Source of the DNA: an uncultured delta proteobacterium
Lineage (GTDB): Bacteria; Desulfobacterota; Binatia; DP-6
DNA: 64,000 bases
Reading direction: 5' to 3'
Assembly: GCA_963815115.1 (NCBI GenBank)
Contig: CAWFFN010000005.1
Coordinates: 864,001-928,000, forward strand
This document shows positions 1 through 10,551 of the stretch, piece after piece. Every line of letters begins with the position of its first letter. Position 1 is the first letter of the stretch. The position numbers were made by a program, and so were the translations under genes. The notes below the pieces were generated by a model. It made no database searches, was not told where the DNA came from, and saw only the letters and a list, made by a program, of their open reading frames with translations.

Positions 1-2
1 CG

Positions 3-476
3 GCGATGGAGCTCCTGCTCATGGTCATCTCGGTGGCGGTGGCGGCGACCGGCGCGGGGCTCGCCTACCTCATGTACTACCGGCGGTCGATCGCGCCCGA
101 GACCTTCAGCGAGCTCGCGGGCGGCCTGCCGTACCGCGCCGTGCTGAACAAGTACTACGTCGACGAGCTGTACGACCTGGTGTTCGTGCGGGGCGTGCTC
201 CTGCTGTCCCGCGCGGCGGCCTGGTTCGACCAGCACGTCGTCGACGGCGTGGTCAACCTGTCGGCCGTGATCGTGCGGGAGGTGTCACGCCTCGGCGGGT
301 TCCTCGACCTGCTGATCGTCGACGGCGCCGTCAACGCGGTCGCCGACGCCACCTTCGCGGTCGGGGGACGCGTCCGTCGCATCCAGACTGGCGCCATCAA
401 CGCCTACCTCTACGTCGTCGTGCTCGGCGTGCTGGGCGGTGTCTTCCTGTGGTGGTCGTGGGCGTCTGCCTCCTGA
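3..476 (+). CDS. nuoL: NADH-quinone oxidoreductase subunit L, C-terminal part (truncated by window start)
   Basis: NKYYVDELYD...DGVVN...RRIQTGAINAY matches the NuoL C-terminus; directly upstream of nuoM-nuoN. Confidence 0.9.
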   Translation, partial: AMELLLMVISVAVAATGAGLAYLMYYRRSIAPETFSELAGGLPYRAVLNKYYVDELYDLVFVRGVLLLSRAAAWFDQHVVDGVVNLSAVIVREVSRLGGFLDLLIVDGAVNAVADATFAVGGRVRRIQTGAINAYLYVVVLGVLGGVFLWWSWASAS

Positions 477-501
477 CGTCGGAGGGAGCGAGAACGATAC
501 G

Positions 502-2046
502 ATGGAACACTGGTTGCTCACGTTGATGGTCTTCACGCCGCTGATCGGCGCGGTCGTCGTCCTCTGCCTGCCGTCCGGCGTCAAGGATGCCATCCGCTGG
601 ACGGCGACGGCCTTCACGGTGCCGCCCATGCTGCTCGCGGTCGTGCTCCTGTCGCGCTTCGATCCCAACGGGGGATTCCAGTTCGTGCAGCGCGGCGACT
701 GGATCCCCGCCTACCACATCCAGTACTTCGTCGGCGTCGACGGCCTCAGCATCACCATGGTCGTGCTCACGGCGCTGCTCTCCTTCCTCTGCATGATCGC
801 CTCGTTCGGGATCGAGAAGGCGCTCAAGGGCTACTTCGCGCTCTTCCTGCTCCTCGAGACCGGCATGCTGGGCACCTTCGTCGCCCTCGACTTCTTCCTC
901 TTCTACGTCTTCTGGGAGCTCATGCTGCTCCCGATGTACTTCCTGATCGGCATCTGGGGCGGCCCGCGGCGCGAGTACGCGGCGATCAAGTTCTTCCTCT
1001 ACACGCTCCTCGGCTCGGTCCTCATGCTCGTCGCCATCCTCTATCTCTACTTCACGCCGGACCAGGCGTCGTTCGACATGACGAGACTGGGCGTCCTGGT
1101 GGCGGACAAGATCCCCATCCACGTGCAGACGATCCTCTGGGTGGCGCTCTTCATCGGCTTCGCCATCAAGATCCCGGCCTTTCCGTTCCACACCTGGCTG
1201 CCCGACGCGCACGTCGAGGCGCCGACGGCGATCTCGGTGATCCTCGCCGGCGTGCTGCTCAAGATGGGCACCTACGGCATCCTGCGGATCAACTACGGCA
1301 TCCTGCCGGCCGCCACGCTGGCGGAGTTCTGGGGCGGGCACAGCCTCGCGTTCTGGCTGCTCGCCGCGCTCGGCACCTGGAACATCATCTACGGCGCGAT
1401 CTGCGCCATGGCGCAGCAGGACCTGAAGAAGCTCGTCGCCTACTCCTCGATCAGCCACATGGGCTACGTGATGCTCGGCATGGCGGCGTTCACCGCGCAG
1501 GGGATCAACGGCGCGGTGCTCCAGATGTTCAACCACGGCACCATCACCGCCATGCTCTTCCTGCTCGTCGGGGTGATCTACGACCGGGCGCACCACCGCG
1601 ACATCAACGGCTTCGGCGGCCTCGCCTCGATCATGCCGCTCTACACCGGCGTGACGGGGTTCGCGTTCTTCGCCGCCATGGGGATCCCGGGGCTCTCCGC
1701 GTTCATCTCCGAGGTGCTGGTCCTGCTGGGTGCCTGGCAGGTCTACCCGGCGCTCACCGTGGTGGCGGCGAGCGCCGTCGTGCTGACGGCGGGCTACATG
1801 CTGTGGGCGTTGCAGCGCATGTATCTCGGGCCGCCGAACCCGCGCTACGCCAACACCGGCTGGGAGATCAACGGGCGCGAGCTCTTCACGCTGGTGCCGC
1901 TGGCCGTCATCGTGCTCGTGCTCGGCATCTACCCGAAGATGATCCTCGACCTGCAGAGTCCGGCGCTGGTCAAGCTGGCGGGGCAGGTGGTCCAGGCCGG
2001 TCCGGGCGGCCCGGCGCGGGTGGCGAGGGCGGAGGCGGCTCGCTAG
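502..2046 (+). CDS. nuoM: NADH-quinone oxidoreductase subunit M
   Basis: FFLFYVFWELMLLPMYFLIGIWG, FPFHTWLPDAHVEAPT, LVAYSSISHMG motifs; ATG 502 after GGAGG. Confidence 0.96.
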   Translation: MEHWLLTLMVFTPLIGAVVVLCLPSGVKDAIRWTATAFTVPPMLLAVVLLSRFDPNGGFQFVQRGDWIPAYHIQYFVGVDGLSITMVVLTALLSFLCMIASFGIEKALKGYFALFLLLETGMLGTFVALDFFLFYVFWELMLLPMYFLIGIWGGPRREYAAIKFFLYTLLGSVLMLVAILYLYFTPDQASFDMTRLGVLVADKIPIHVQTILWVALFIGFAIKIPAFPFHTWLPDAHVEAPTAISVILAGVLLKMGTYGILRINYGILPAATLAEFWGGHSLAFWLLAALGTWNIIYGAICAMAQQDLKKLVAYSSISHMGYVMLGMAAFTAQGINGAVLQMFNHGTITAMLFLLVGVIYDRAHHRDINGFGGLASIMPLYTGVTGFAFFAAMGIPGLSAFISEVLVLLGAWQVYPALTVVAASAVVLTAGYMLWALQRMYLGPPNPRYANTGWEINGRELFTLVPLAVIVLVLGIYPKMILDLQSPALVKLAGQVVQAGPGGPARVARAEAAR

Positions 2047-2052
2047 CGCGTC

Positions 2053-3558
2053 ATGGGTTCGCTCGAGAGTCTGCGCTGGTTCGGGCCGGAGCTCGTGCTC
2101 GCGGCGACGTTGCTCGTCGTCATCGCGGTCGACCTGGTCCGTGGGGCCGAGGGCGGCGAGTGGCCGGGCACGGTGGCCTTCGTCGGCGCCGCGGCCGCGC
2201 TCGTGACGACGCTGTGCCTCCCCGGCGTGATGGGAAGCGGCGGCCTGCTCGGCGCGGTGCCCCAGCACTGGCTGTTCGGCCGCATGCTCGTCCTCGATGC
2301 CTTCAGCGTGTTCTTCAAGCTGCTGCTCGGCCTGTCGCTCCTGGCCGCGGTGTGGATGTCGTTGCGCTCGCCCGAGGTGCGCGGCCGGCCGAACGAGGGC
2401 GAATACCACACCCTGCTCCTCGGCAGCGGACTCGGGATGTTCCTGATGGCCTCGGCGGCCAACCTGCTCACGGCCTACCTGGCGCTCGAGTTCGTGAGTC
2501 TGACCTCCTACGTCCTGACGGGGCACCTGAAGCACAACCGGCGATCGGGTGAGGCGGCGCTCAAGTACCTCATCTACGGAGGCGTCGCGTCCGGGGCGAT
2601 GATCTACGGCATGAGCTGGCTCTTCGGCCTCACCGGCAGCATGGACTACGCGGGCATCGCCGCGGGCCTGGGCCGGCTCGACGCCGGAAGCCGCGGCGCG
2701 CTCTTCGTGGCGCTCCTGCTCGTGCTCTCCGGGTTCGGCTACAAGATCTCGGCGGTGCCGTTTCACATGTGGGCCCCCGACGTCTACACCGGGGCGCCGC
2801 TCCCCGTGACGACGTTCCTGGCCGTCGGCTCCAAGGCGGCGGGCTTCGCCATGCTGCTGCGCTTCTTCGCCTTCGGGATCACGCCGGAGGGTCCGTCGGC
2901 CGCCGTCGCGAGCATCCCGCTGTCCCAGCTGCTGGTGGCGATCAGCATCGCCACCATGACGCTCGGCAACCTGGCGGCGCTCCAGCAGACCAACATGAAG
3001 CGCCTGCTGGCCTACTCGTCGATCGCGCACGCGGGCTATGCGCTGCTCGGCGTCGTGGTCTTTCGCCAGGACGGCATGGACGCCGTGCTGCTCTACCTCG
3101 CCACGTACTACCTGATGAACCTGGGCGCGTTCCTGGTCGTCATGCTGGTCGCGATCCAGACCGGGCGCGAGGATCTCGACGGGTACCGTGGCCTCGCCTG
3201 GCGCGGCGGGGCGCTGCCCGCGGTCACCCTGTCGGTCTTCCTCTTCTCGCTCGCCGGACTGCCGCCGCTGGCCGGGTTTCTCGGCAAGTTCTACGTCTTC
3301 GCTGCCGCCATCCAGGGTCACCTCTACGTCCCGGTCGTCATCGCGGTGCTCAACAGCGTGGTCTCGCTCTACTACTACGCCCGGGTGGTGAAGATGATGA
3401 TCCTCGACCAGCCGGGACCGGACGACCCCCGGGTCTCCTTCCATCCCATCGACCTCGGCGTCGTGAGTGCGCTGTCGCTCGCCACCACGTTTCTCGTCGT
3501 GCAGTTCGGCTGGCTGCTCCGGATCGTCGCGGAGGCCGGCCGGGTGTTCCGGGGGTGA
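2053..3558 (+). CDS. nuoN: NADH-quinone oxidoreductase subunit N
   Basis: EAALKYLIYG, KISAVPFHMWAPDVYTGAP, KRLLAYSSIAHAGY motifs. Confidence 0.96.
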   Translation: MGSLESLRWFGPELVLAATLLVVIAVDLVRGAEGGEWPGTVAFVGAAAALVTTLCLPGVMGSGGLLGAVPQHWLFGRMLVLDAFSVFFKLLLGLSLLAAVWMSLRSPEVRGRPNEGEYHTLLLGSGLGMFLMASAANLLTAYLALEFVSLTSYVLTGHLKHNRRSGEAALKYLIYGGVASGAMIYGMSWLFGLTGSMDYAGIAAGLGRLDAGSRGALFVALLLVLSGFGYKISAVPFHMWAPDVYTGAPLPVTTFLAVGSKAAGFAMLLRFFAFGITPEGPSAAVASIPLSQLLVAISIATMTLGNLAALQQTNMKRLLAYSSIAHAGYALLGVVVFRQDGMDAVLLYLATYYLMNLGAFLVVMLVAIQTGREDLDGYRGLAWRGGALPAVTLSVFLFSLAGLPPLAGFLGKFYVFAAAIQGHLYVPVVIAVLNSVVSLYYYARVVKMMILDQPGPDDPRVSFHPIDLGVVSALSLATTFLVVQFGWLLRIVAEAGRVFRG

Positions 3559-4397
3559 GCACGACCGGCGTCCTCTACGTGGTAGCGACGCCGATCGGGA
3601 ACCTCGAGGACGTGACGCTGCGGGCCCTGCGGGTGCTCGCGGAGGTCGACGTGATCGCCGCCGAGGACACGCGGCGCACCTCGATCCTGCTCCGCCACCA
3701 CGGCATCCGGACGCGGCAGGTGAGCTACTACGACGCCGTCGAGCGGCGCCGCACCCCGGAGCTGGTGGAGCGGATGCGGGCCGGCGCGCGGGTGGCGCTC
3801 GTCAGTGACGCGGGCACGCCCGGCATCGCGGATCCCGGCTACCACCTCGTGCGCGGCGCCATCGAGGCCGGCATCCCGGTGGTGCCGGTCCCGGGCGCCT
3901 CCGCGGTGACGGCGCTGGTCTCGGTCGCGGGCCTGCCCGTCGAGCGGTTCGCCTTCGAGGGCTTCCTGGCGGCGCGGGCGGGCGCGCGTGCGGCGCGCCT
4001 GCGCGAGCTCGCGAGCGAGCGGCGCGCGGTGGTCTTCCTCGAAGCGGGTCGGCGGCTCGCGGCGTTCCTGAAGGACGCGGAGGCGGCGCTGGGAGACCGC
4101 GAGGCGGTGATCGGGCGCGAGCTCACCAAGCTGCACGAGGAGCAGCTGCGTGGCCGGCTGGGCGAGCTGCGCGCGCGCGTGGACGCCGGGGAGCCGGTGC
4201 GGGGCGAGGTCACGATCGTGATCGCGGGTGCCGAAGGTCCGCAGCCCGTGGCATCCGACGCCCTCGACGACAGCATCCGGGTGGCACTCGCGTCGGGTCG
4301 CAGCGTGCGTGAGGTGAGCGCTGCGCTCGCGATGCGATTCGGTCTGCCGCGCCGGGAGGTGTACCGCCGCGCGCTGGAGGTGCAGGGGAAGCGGTGA
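3555..4397 (+). CDS. rsmI: 16S rRNA (cytidine1402-2'-O)-methyltransferase
   Basis: LYVVATPIGNLEDVTLRAL, AAEDTRRT, LVSDAGTPGIADPG, RELTKLHEE; GTG overlaps nuoN stop (GTGA). Confidence 0.95.
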   Translation: MSTTGVLYVVATPIGNLEDVTLRALRVLAEVDVIAAEDTRRTSILLRHHGIRTRQVSYYDAVERRRTPELVERMRAGARVALVSDAGTPGIADPGYHLVRGAIEAGIPVVPVPGASAVTALVSVAGLPVERFAFEGFLAARAGARAARLRELASERRAVVFLEAGRRLAAFLKDAEAALGDREAVIGRELTKLHEEQLRGRLGELRARVDAGEPVRGEVTIVIAGAEGPQPVASDALDDSIRVALASGRSVREVSAALAMRFGLPRREVYRRALEVQGKR

Positions 4398-4419
4398 GGG
4401 GCGCTCGCTCGGCATGGCG

Positions 4420-6090
4420 CTAGGAAGGTATGCGAACCGCGGGTGCGCGGCCACGGCGCGCGGGCAGCGGAGGCAAGCGGTCGAACGGCATCGGCGTCGC
4501 GGAGACCCTTCCCCTCACCGTCCGGGCGTCCGGCATCCCACCCGCCGAGGGATGCGCAGCGTCTCGTGGATCCCGCTCCGCGACCCCGTCCCGTTGCGGA
4601 GGGACCGCCTCGGCGAAAGCGTGCCCGCGCCGGCGCGCGTAGGCCCGCAGGTAGAGCCGGGCGTACTCCTGCGCCGCCTGGTCCCAGGAGTGGTCCTGCG
4701 CCATCGCCCGGCGGCGCATCGCATCGACGTGATGCGCCGGACGGTCGTACCACGTCGAGACGGCCCAGCCGATCGTGTCGGCGAGGCTGTCCGGGCGGAG
4801 ATCGTGGAACACGAACCCGGTCCCCGTGCCGCTGCCCTCGTCGTAGTTCGCCACCGTGTCGACGAGACCGCCGGTGGCCCGCACGATGGGCAGCGTCCCG
4901 TAGCGCATGGCTGTAGATCTGGTTCAGGCCGCAGGGCTCGAAGCGCGATGGCATCAGGAAGAAGTCCGCGCCCGCCTCGATGCGATGGGCGCGAGCGTCG
5001 TCGAACGGGAACCAGGCGCAGAACCGATCGCTGTGCGAGCGGGCTCGTGAAGCAAAGAACCGCTCCGCTTCGGGGTCGCCGGACCCGAGCAGGATCAGCT
5101 GGACGTCCCATCCGAGGATCGTGTCGAGCGCGTGGGCGAGGACGTCGACTCCCTTCTGCGGGACGAGGCGGCCGATGAGCGCGAGGATGGGCACCGCGGA
5201 ACGCACCGGCAGGCCGGCCTCCTCCTGCAGCGCCGCCTTGCATCGTGCCTTGCCGGCGAGGTCGTCCGCGGCGAAGTGTGCCGCGAGGTGCGGATCGGTC
5301 GCCGGGTTCCACTCGTCGACGTCGATGCCGTTCAGGATGCCGACGAGATCGTCTCGGTGCTGGGCGAGGACGCCGTCGAGACCGCACCCGTAGTCGGGGG
5401 TCTGGATCTCGCGCGCGTAGGTCGGGCTCACCGTCGTGAGCATGGTGCCGTGGTGGAGCGCGGCCTTCGTGAGGTTCGTCGTGCCGAAGTGCTCGAACTC
5501 GCGGGCATCGTAGTGCTCGGGTCCGAGGCCGGTGATGAAGAACGCCCCGCCGTCGAACACGCCCTGATAGGCGAGGTTGTGGATGGTGTAGACGGTGGCG
5601 CTGCCGTGCAGCGGCTGCGCCCACTCGACCGTGTTGACGTAGACCGGGACGAGCGCCGTCTGCCAGTCGTTGGCATGGATGACGTCGGGGATCAAGCCGA
5701 GCGCCTTCACCAGCTCGAGCGCGCCGCGCGACAGGAAGGCGAAGCGTTCCAGGTTGTCGGGGTAGGCCTCGGGCGGCGGGCCGTAGAGGTGCGGACGATC
5801 GAAGTAGCGGTGATGCTCCAGGAAGTAGATCGGCACCTCGCTACCCGGGAGCCGGCCGAGACGCACCCGGGCGTGCGCCGTCCCGAACCACATGGGCACC
5901 GAGAGGACGCCCTCCAGCAGCTCGAGCTCGGCCACGGCATGCCGGCGTAGAGCGGCATGACCACGCGGACGTCGAGTCCCCGGCGGCGCAGCGCCTTCGG
6001 CAGGGCCCCGATCACGTCGCCGAGCCCGCCCGTCTTGGCGAACGGCGCGCACTCGGGCGTCACGAAGAGGACTTTCAGCGGGGCTGCCAT
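4420..6090 (-). CDS. glgA: Glycogen synthase (GT5); two apparent frameshifts near 5930 and 4910
   Basis: [59 protein letters not shown] spread across three frames. Confidence 0.9.
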
Positions 6091-6116
6091 GGGTCGAAGA
6101 CCTCCAGGTCGCCGCA

Positions 6117-7702
6117 TCACGATGCGTAGATCCGGTAGTCGATCTGGGGGAAGATGTTGTCCTTGACCTCGATGTCCGCGAGCCAGGTCTCCGTCACCTC
6201 ACCGGCCCTCAGGTCCTGGTACAGGCGGTTGAAGCGCAGGATGTGCTCGTTGATCCGGCGGGTGGCGTAGGGGACCGTGGTCCCGGTGCGCATGATGAAC
6301 GTCCAGTCGCTCGCCTGCGCCAGCATCAGCTCGCGCGCCGCTTGATTGAGAGCGCGGGCGGTGAGCCCGTCGGCCGACGGATGGCGACGCGCCAGCTCGA
6401 CCATGCGCTCGCGCGGCCACGTGCAGGTGGCGGTAGATCCAGGCGTTGCTCTCGTTGAGCCAGTACTCGTTGTAGCCCTTCCACCCCCAGGACGACGCGC
6501 AGGGCGTCGCCACCTGGTTGGTGGGGTGGCGATCGAGGTAGTCCCCCGGCGTGATCGTCTCGATCGTCGTGCTGGTCGAAGTGCAGCTGGCGGAAGAGAT
6601 CGCCGAGGAAGAGCGGTCCCTCGTACCACCAGTGGCCGTACAGCTCGGCGTCGTAGGGGCTGACGATCATCGGCGGGCGATCCATGCCGGCCGCGAGGCC
6701 CTCGGCCTGCCGCTGCCGCGCCTCCGGAAGTGCGCCGCGTGCTCGCCCGGCGCGCTGCCGGGCGATGTCGGGATCGTAGACCCACTTGTCGTGCAGCTGG
6801 TCGTGCGTGATCGCGTGGTACTTGATGCCGGTGTACATGCGGTGGCCCTCGGGATGGATGTACGGGCCGATGTAGTCGAGCGGCAGGTCGAAGCCGATGT
6901 CGCGGTAGAAGTCGCGGTAGTGCCGGTCGCCCGGGTAGCCGTCGCGCGCGCTCCACACCTGGCTCGGAGGACTCGGTGTCGCGCCCGAAGGCGGCCACGC
7001 CGCTACGGCAGTAGAGCGGGGCATAGGCGCCGTAGACGGGCGGCGGTCGGCGAACAGGATCCCGTGCGTGTCGACGAAGAAGTAGCGGATCGCCGCCTCG
7101 CGCAGCAGCTCGTCGACGCCGGGGACGTAGCCGCATTCGCCGAGCCACATGCCCGGCGGACGACGGCCGAAGTGCCGCTCGTACAGGTCGGCCGCGATGT
7201 GCACCTGGGCGCGCAGCGCGGCCCAGTTGCGGTCGAGGAGCGGGAAGAAGGCGTGCGTCGCCGTCGAGGTGATGACCTCGAGCCGTCCCGCCTCCTGCAG
7301 GCGGCGAAGCGCCCGGACCAGGTTGCCCTCGTGGCAGCGCCAGGTGTGGCGCAGCGACTGGAAGCGATCCGAGTACATCTGCGCCAGCCGGTGGTAGTCG
7401 GGTTCCGGACGTGTCCGGTCGAGCTCCTTCTCGGCGAGCTCGATCAGCCGGTCGAGGTGGCGGGCGTAGCGCTCCTTCAGAAGATCGTCGGTGAGCATCG
7501 TGAGGAGCGGCGCCGAGAGCGAGACGGTGCAGCGGTACGGGACCGCGTCGGCGACGAGCCCCTCGAACATCTGCACCAGCGGCAGGTAGGTCCCGGTGAT
7601 GCCCTCGTAGAGCCACTGCTCCTCCATCACCGTCGGGTCCTCGGGATGCCGAACGAACGGCAGGTGGGCGTGCAGCACGAGCGCGAGATATCCGGTAGGC
7701 AT
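6117..7702 (-). CDS. GH57 1,4-alpha-glucan branching enzyme (DUF1957 type); about 6 apparent indels
   Basis: [53 protein letters not shown] across frames. Confidence 0.9.
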
Positions 7703-7706
7703 CGGA

Positions 7707-9263
7707 TCACCGTTTCGGTGGCACCGATTCCGCCCTGGTCGTCGGTCCATCCGCAGGATACCCGAGCACGCTCTCGCTCGCTCCTCCCAGGCGGCGCTCG
7801 CTGGCACCGAGGTGCTTCCGCTCGCTCGCGCCACCGGAGAGCCACTGGCTGGCTCCGAGGAAGCGACGTTCACTCGCCCCCTGCAGGCGCCACTCGCTCG
7901 CGCCGGCATAGAGGATCTCGCTGGCACCGAGATAGCGCAGCTCGCTGGCGCCGAGGCGGTAGACCTCGGAGGCCCCGCCCAGCCTGAGCTCGCTTGCCGC
8001 ACGCCAGTGACGCTCGCTGGCGCCGAGCGCGATCTGCTCCGAGCCCCCCGGCGTGCGGCGGTCCCCCCGCGTCGTGAGGTGCGCGGCGCCGCCCGTCTGT
8101 CCCACCCACGACCGATACGTCTCCCAGATGGCCAGCACCTTCCGCTCGGCTCTGGCACCGAGCCCCCGGATCACCACGTGCCAGGGGCCGTAGACGATGT
8201 GGGTCCTGCCGTCCACGGAGCGGACCGTCACCGTGCCGCCGAACCGTTCCTCGATGTACGGCGACGGCTCCACCGGGTAGGGGAACGGGCCGGCGTCCCA
8301 GCTCGTCCGGACGAGGGGCCCTTCCCATTCGAGCTGCTGTGTGCCGGCCCAGTCGAACACGCTCTCCCACCCGGTCCCGAAGCTCTCGTCGCGGAGAATC
8401 CACTCGCCGTCCGCCCCCGCGTGCGTGCGGCGAATGTCCCAGACGCGCACGGGCTCGACGTGGGCGGTCAGCCCGCGCGCGGTGGGGACGACCGCGGGCG
8501 TCCGGCCGTCCGCGGCCGGCTCGCCGACCTCGCCGGTCCTGGCGTGGACCGTGAGCCATTCGACTCCGCCGGGAGCTACCGGCTCCGCGCGCGGGAAGTC
8601 CGCCCGGCCGGAGCGCGTGATACGGACGAAGTAGCCCTCCTGCGACTTGAGGCCGAGCTCGATGATGGCCGTGGACGTCGGCTTGCCGATGAAGAAGAAC
8701 CACTGCCGGTCGGTTCGCGACACCGACTGATCGAAGTAGCCGTGGGCGTTGGTCCCGTCGAAGATGCGGTTCGTGACGTCGTAGACGCGGAGGTTGAGCC
8801 AGGCGTCCTGCCCGCCGCGGCCCAGACCTGCCCGGGCTCGCTCGATCGCCTCGTCGGTCACCTCCCAGTAGACGTAGAGCCGCTCGGGATCGACGACCAT
8901 GGCCGTGACACGGTCCTGTCCGTATCCCCACGGAATCCGCCCTGCCTCGACCGCCGTCTCCGCCGGGCGCCCGAGGTCGAATTTGTGCGGACGATCGGCG
9001 GGCTCCCGCGCCTCGGCTCCTGCCAGGAGCGCAAGTCTCTGGAAGGCCTGCAGGAATTGGGTGGCGAGCGCATCCTTGGTGAGCCGGTGGATGCCGGTGA
9101 GACCGAGGTAGCGGGCACCTTCCAGTAGCTGACGGCGCGTGTGTCGCAGGACGGCGTCGAGCGACGGCGTCGAGAACCCGGGGCCTGCGTCGTCACGGGT
9201 GACGCCGAGTAGCTCCCGGATTCGGGAGAGAATCGTTTCGGGCGACGAGAATTCCTGCGGCAT
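7707..9263 (-). CDS. DUF4912-like protein with Rho-N-like N-terminal motif and C-terminal GASE repeats
   Basis: RRQLLEGARYLGLTGIHRLTKDAL (Rho-N-like); YGQDRVTAMVVDPERLYVYWE and LRVYDVT typical of DUF4912; adjacent to GH57. Confidence 0.8.
   Translation of the reverse strand: MPQEFSSPETILSRIRELLGVTRDDAGPGFSTPSLDAVLRHTRRQLLEGARYLGLTGIHRLTKDALATQFLQAFQRLALLAGAEAREPADRPHKFDLGRPAETAVEAGRIPWGYGQDRVTAMVVDPERLYVYWEVTDEAIERARAGLGRGGQDAWLNLRVYDVTNRIFDGTNAHGYFDQSVSRTDRQWFFFIGKPTSTAIIELGLKSQEGYFVRITRSGRADFPRAEPVAPGGVEWLTVHARTGEVGEPAADGRTPAVVPTARGLTAHVEPVRVWDIRRTHAGADGEWILRDESFGTGWESVFDWAGTQQLEWEGPLVRTSWDAGPFPYPVEPSPYIEERFGGTVTVRSVDGRTHIVYGPWHVVIRGLGARAERKVLAIWETYRSWVGQTGGAAHLTTRGDRRTPGGSEQIALGASERHWRAASELRLGGASEVYRLGASELRYLGASEILYAGASEWRLQGASERRFLGASQWLSGGASERKHLGASERRLGGASESVLGYPADGPTTRAESVPPKR
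7757..8050 (-). repeat. Intragenic tandem repeat, about 12 x 24 bp, encoding (L/G)GASExxx octapeptides
   Basis: Translation GGSEQIAL-GASERHWR-AASELRLG-GASEVYRL-GASELRYL-GASEILYA-GASEWRLQ-GASERRFL-GASQWLSG-GASERKHL-GASERRLG-GASESVLG. Confidence 0.92.
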
Positions 9264-9294
9264 CGGGACCGGCTCAGCGATCGATCACGGAAAG

Positions 9295-9310
9295 TGCAGC
9301 AGCTACGCCC
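9295..9310 (-). promoter_or_regulatory. Possible sigma54 -24/-12 promoter of the DUF4912-GH57-glgA operon
   Basis: Minus strand GGGCGTAGCTGCTGCA has GG-N10-GC spacing about 30 nt above the ATG, but is a weak consensus match. Confidence 0.35.
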
Positions 9311-9689
9311 GCCGCTGCGATGCGGGCTCGGTGAAATCTCCTTTCGCGCCAGCCCTGTGGCCGTCCGGGAGATCCGCTGTCACGAGGCTGCCACGCGCCG
9401 GTCATACTGGCGTGGCCGCTCCGGTTCCTCCGACCGGGCGGGTCTTCCGCGCGAAACCTCTCTGCAGAGAGCTGCTCAGTTGCATCTGGCGAACGGGTGA
9501 ACGGTGTCATCCTCCTGTAGACCGGGGATTGTCACTTGTCCACCTCGGCAGATTCCGGAGCAGGCTCGTGATCGGACTCGCCACGATCGAGCGGGACGCA
9601 TGCGGCGGGGCAAGCGGCAGGGTACGCGCAATGCCGAAACACGCGGTCGCGTTCTCCCTCGCGGCCGCAATTCCTGATAGTGGGCTCGC

Positions 9690-10472
9690 GTGAGGCTGAG
9701 AATGCTCGGCGGCCTCGCCGTGGGCATCGCGGCCGCCGCGATGGTGCCGTTCGTGTCACTCGATCACTTCATATTCTTCCCCGACCACGACGTTCCGCCA
9801 CCCCCGCCGGGCGTGGTGGAGCGCTGGTTCACGACCGCTGACGGCGTGCGCCTCCACGCCTGGCACGCCGTCGCCCCCGAGGGGGCGCCGACCCTCGTCT
9901 GGTCGCACGGCAACGCCGGCAACATCGCCGGCCGTGCCCCGGTCTTCCACGCGCTCGCTTCCCGCGGGCTCGGCGTCCTCGCCTACGACTACCGAGGCTA
10001 CGGCAGAAGCGGGGGCACGCCGAGCGAGGCGGGCGTCTACCGCGACGTCGAAGCAGCGTACGACACCGTGGCGCACCCCGGAGCACGCCTCGTCGCGTTC
10101 GGCGAGTCGCTGGGCGGCGCGGTGTCGATCCACCTGGCCACGGTGCGCCCCTGTGCCGCCGTCGTCGTGGTCTCGACGTTCACCACCATGCGCGAGGTGG
10201 CGCGCTTCCACTACGGCGTGGCCGGGCTGCTCGCCGGCGGTGGATTCGATTCGCTCCGCCGCGTCCGCGGCGTCCACGTCCCGCTGCTCGTCGCGCACGG
10301 CGACGAGGACGAGGTGGTGCCGTATGGGCTCGGCCAGGCGCTGTTCGCCGCCGCAGGAGAACCCAAACGCTTCCTCCATCTCCCGGGAGCCCACCACAAC
10401 GACGTGTTCGAGCAGACGGCGCTGCTCGACGCCATCGCTGACTTCGCACGGGCCGCAGCCGCGGCACGATGA
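9690..10472 (+). CDS. Alpha/beta hydrolase (ABHD13/BEM46-like)
   Basis: HGNAGN, YDYRGYGRSGG, GESLGG nucleophile elbow, HGDEDEVVP, GAHHND. Confidence 0.9.
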   Translation: MRLRMLGGLAVGIAAAAMVPFVSLDHFIFFPDHDVPPPPPGVVERWFTTADGVRLHAWHAVAPEGAPTLVWSHGNAGNIAGRAPVFHALASRGLGVLAYDYRGYGRSGGTPSEAGVYRDVEAAYDTVAHPGARLVAFGESLGGAVSIHLATVRPCAAVVVVSTFTTMREVARFHYGVAGLLAGGGFDSLRRVRGVHVPLLVAHGDEDEVVPYGLGQALFAAAGEPKRFLHLPGAHHNDVFEQTALLDAIADFARAAAAAR

Positions 10473-10518
10473 CGCGCGGTAGCGTCGGGTTTCAGCAGCG
10501 GTCTTCACGATCGAGCTT

Positions 10519-10532
10519 TCCTCCGCACCGCG
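10519..10532 (+). repeat. 14-bp direct repeat TCCTCCGCACCGCG, left copy, upstream of GH13
   Basis: Identical to 12470-12483. Confidence 0.8.
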
Positions 10533-10551
10533 AAAGGAGCTAACGGGAGCC

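Noticed and set aside
397-3444. Very long antisense/alternate-frame ORFs (e.g. 397-3444, 21450-24305, 38319-41267, 54981-57959, 59229-62177)
   Set aside because: Shadow ORFs expected at this GC content; Arg/Pro/Ala-rich or mirror translations overlapping well-supported genes.
4398-4700. RNase P RNA (rnpB), often found after rsmI
   Set aside because: No GAGGAAAGUCC or other conserved P4 motifs; the region is the glgA 3' tail on the opposite strand.
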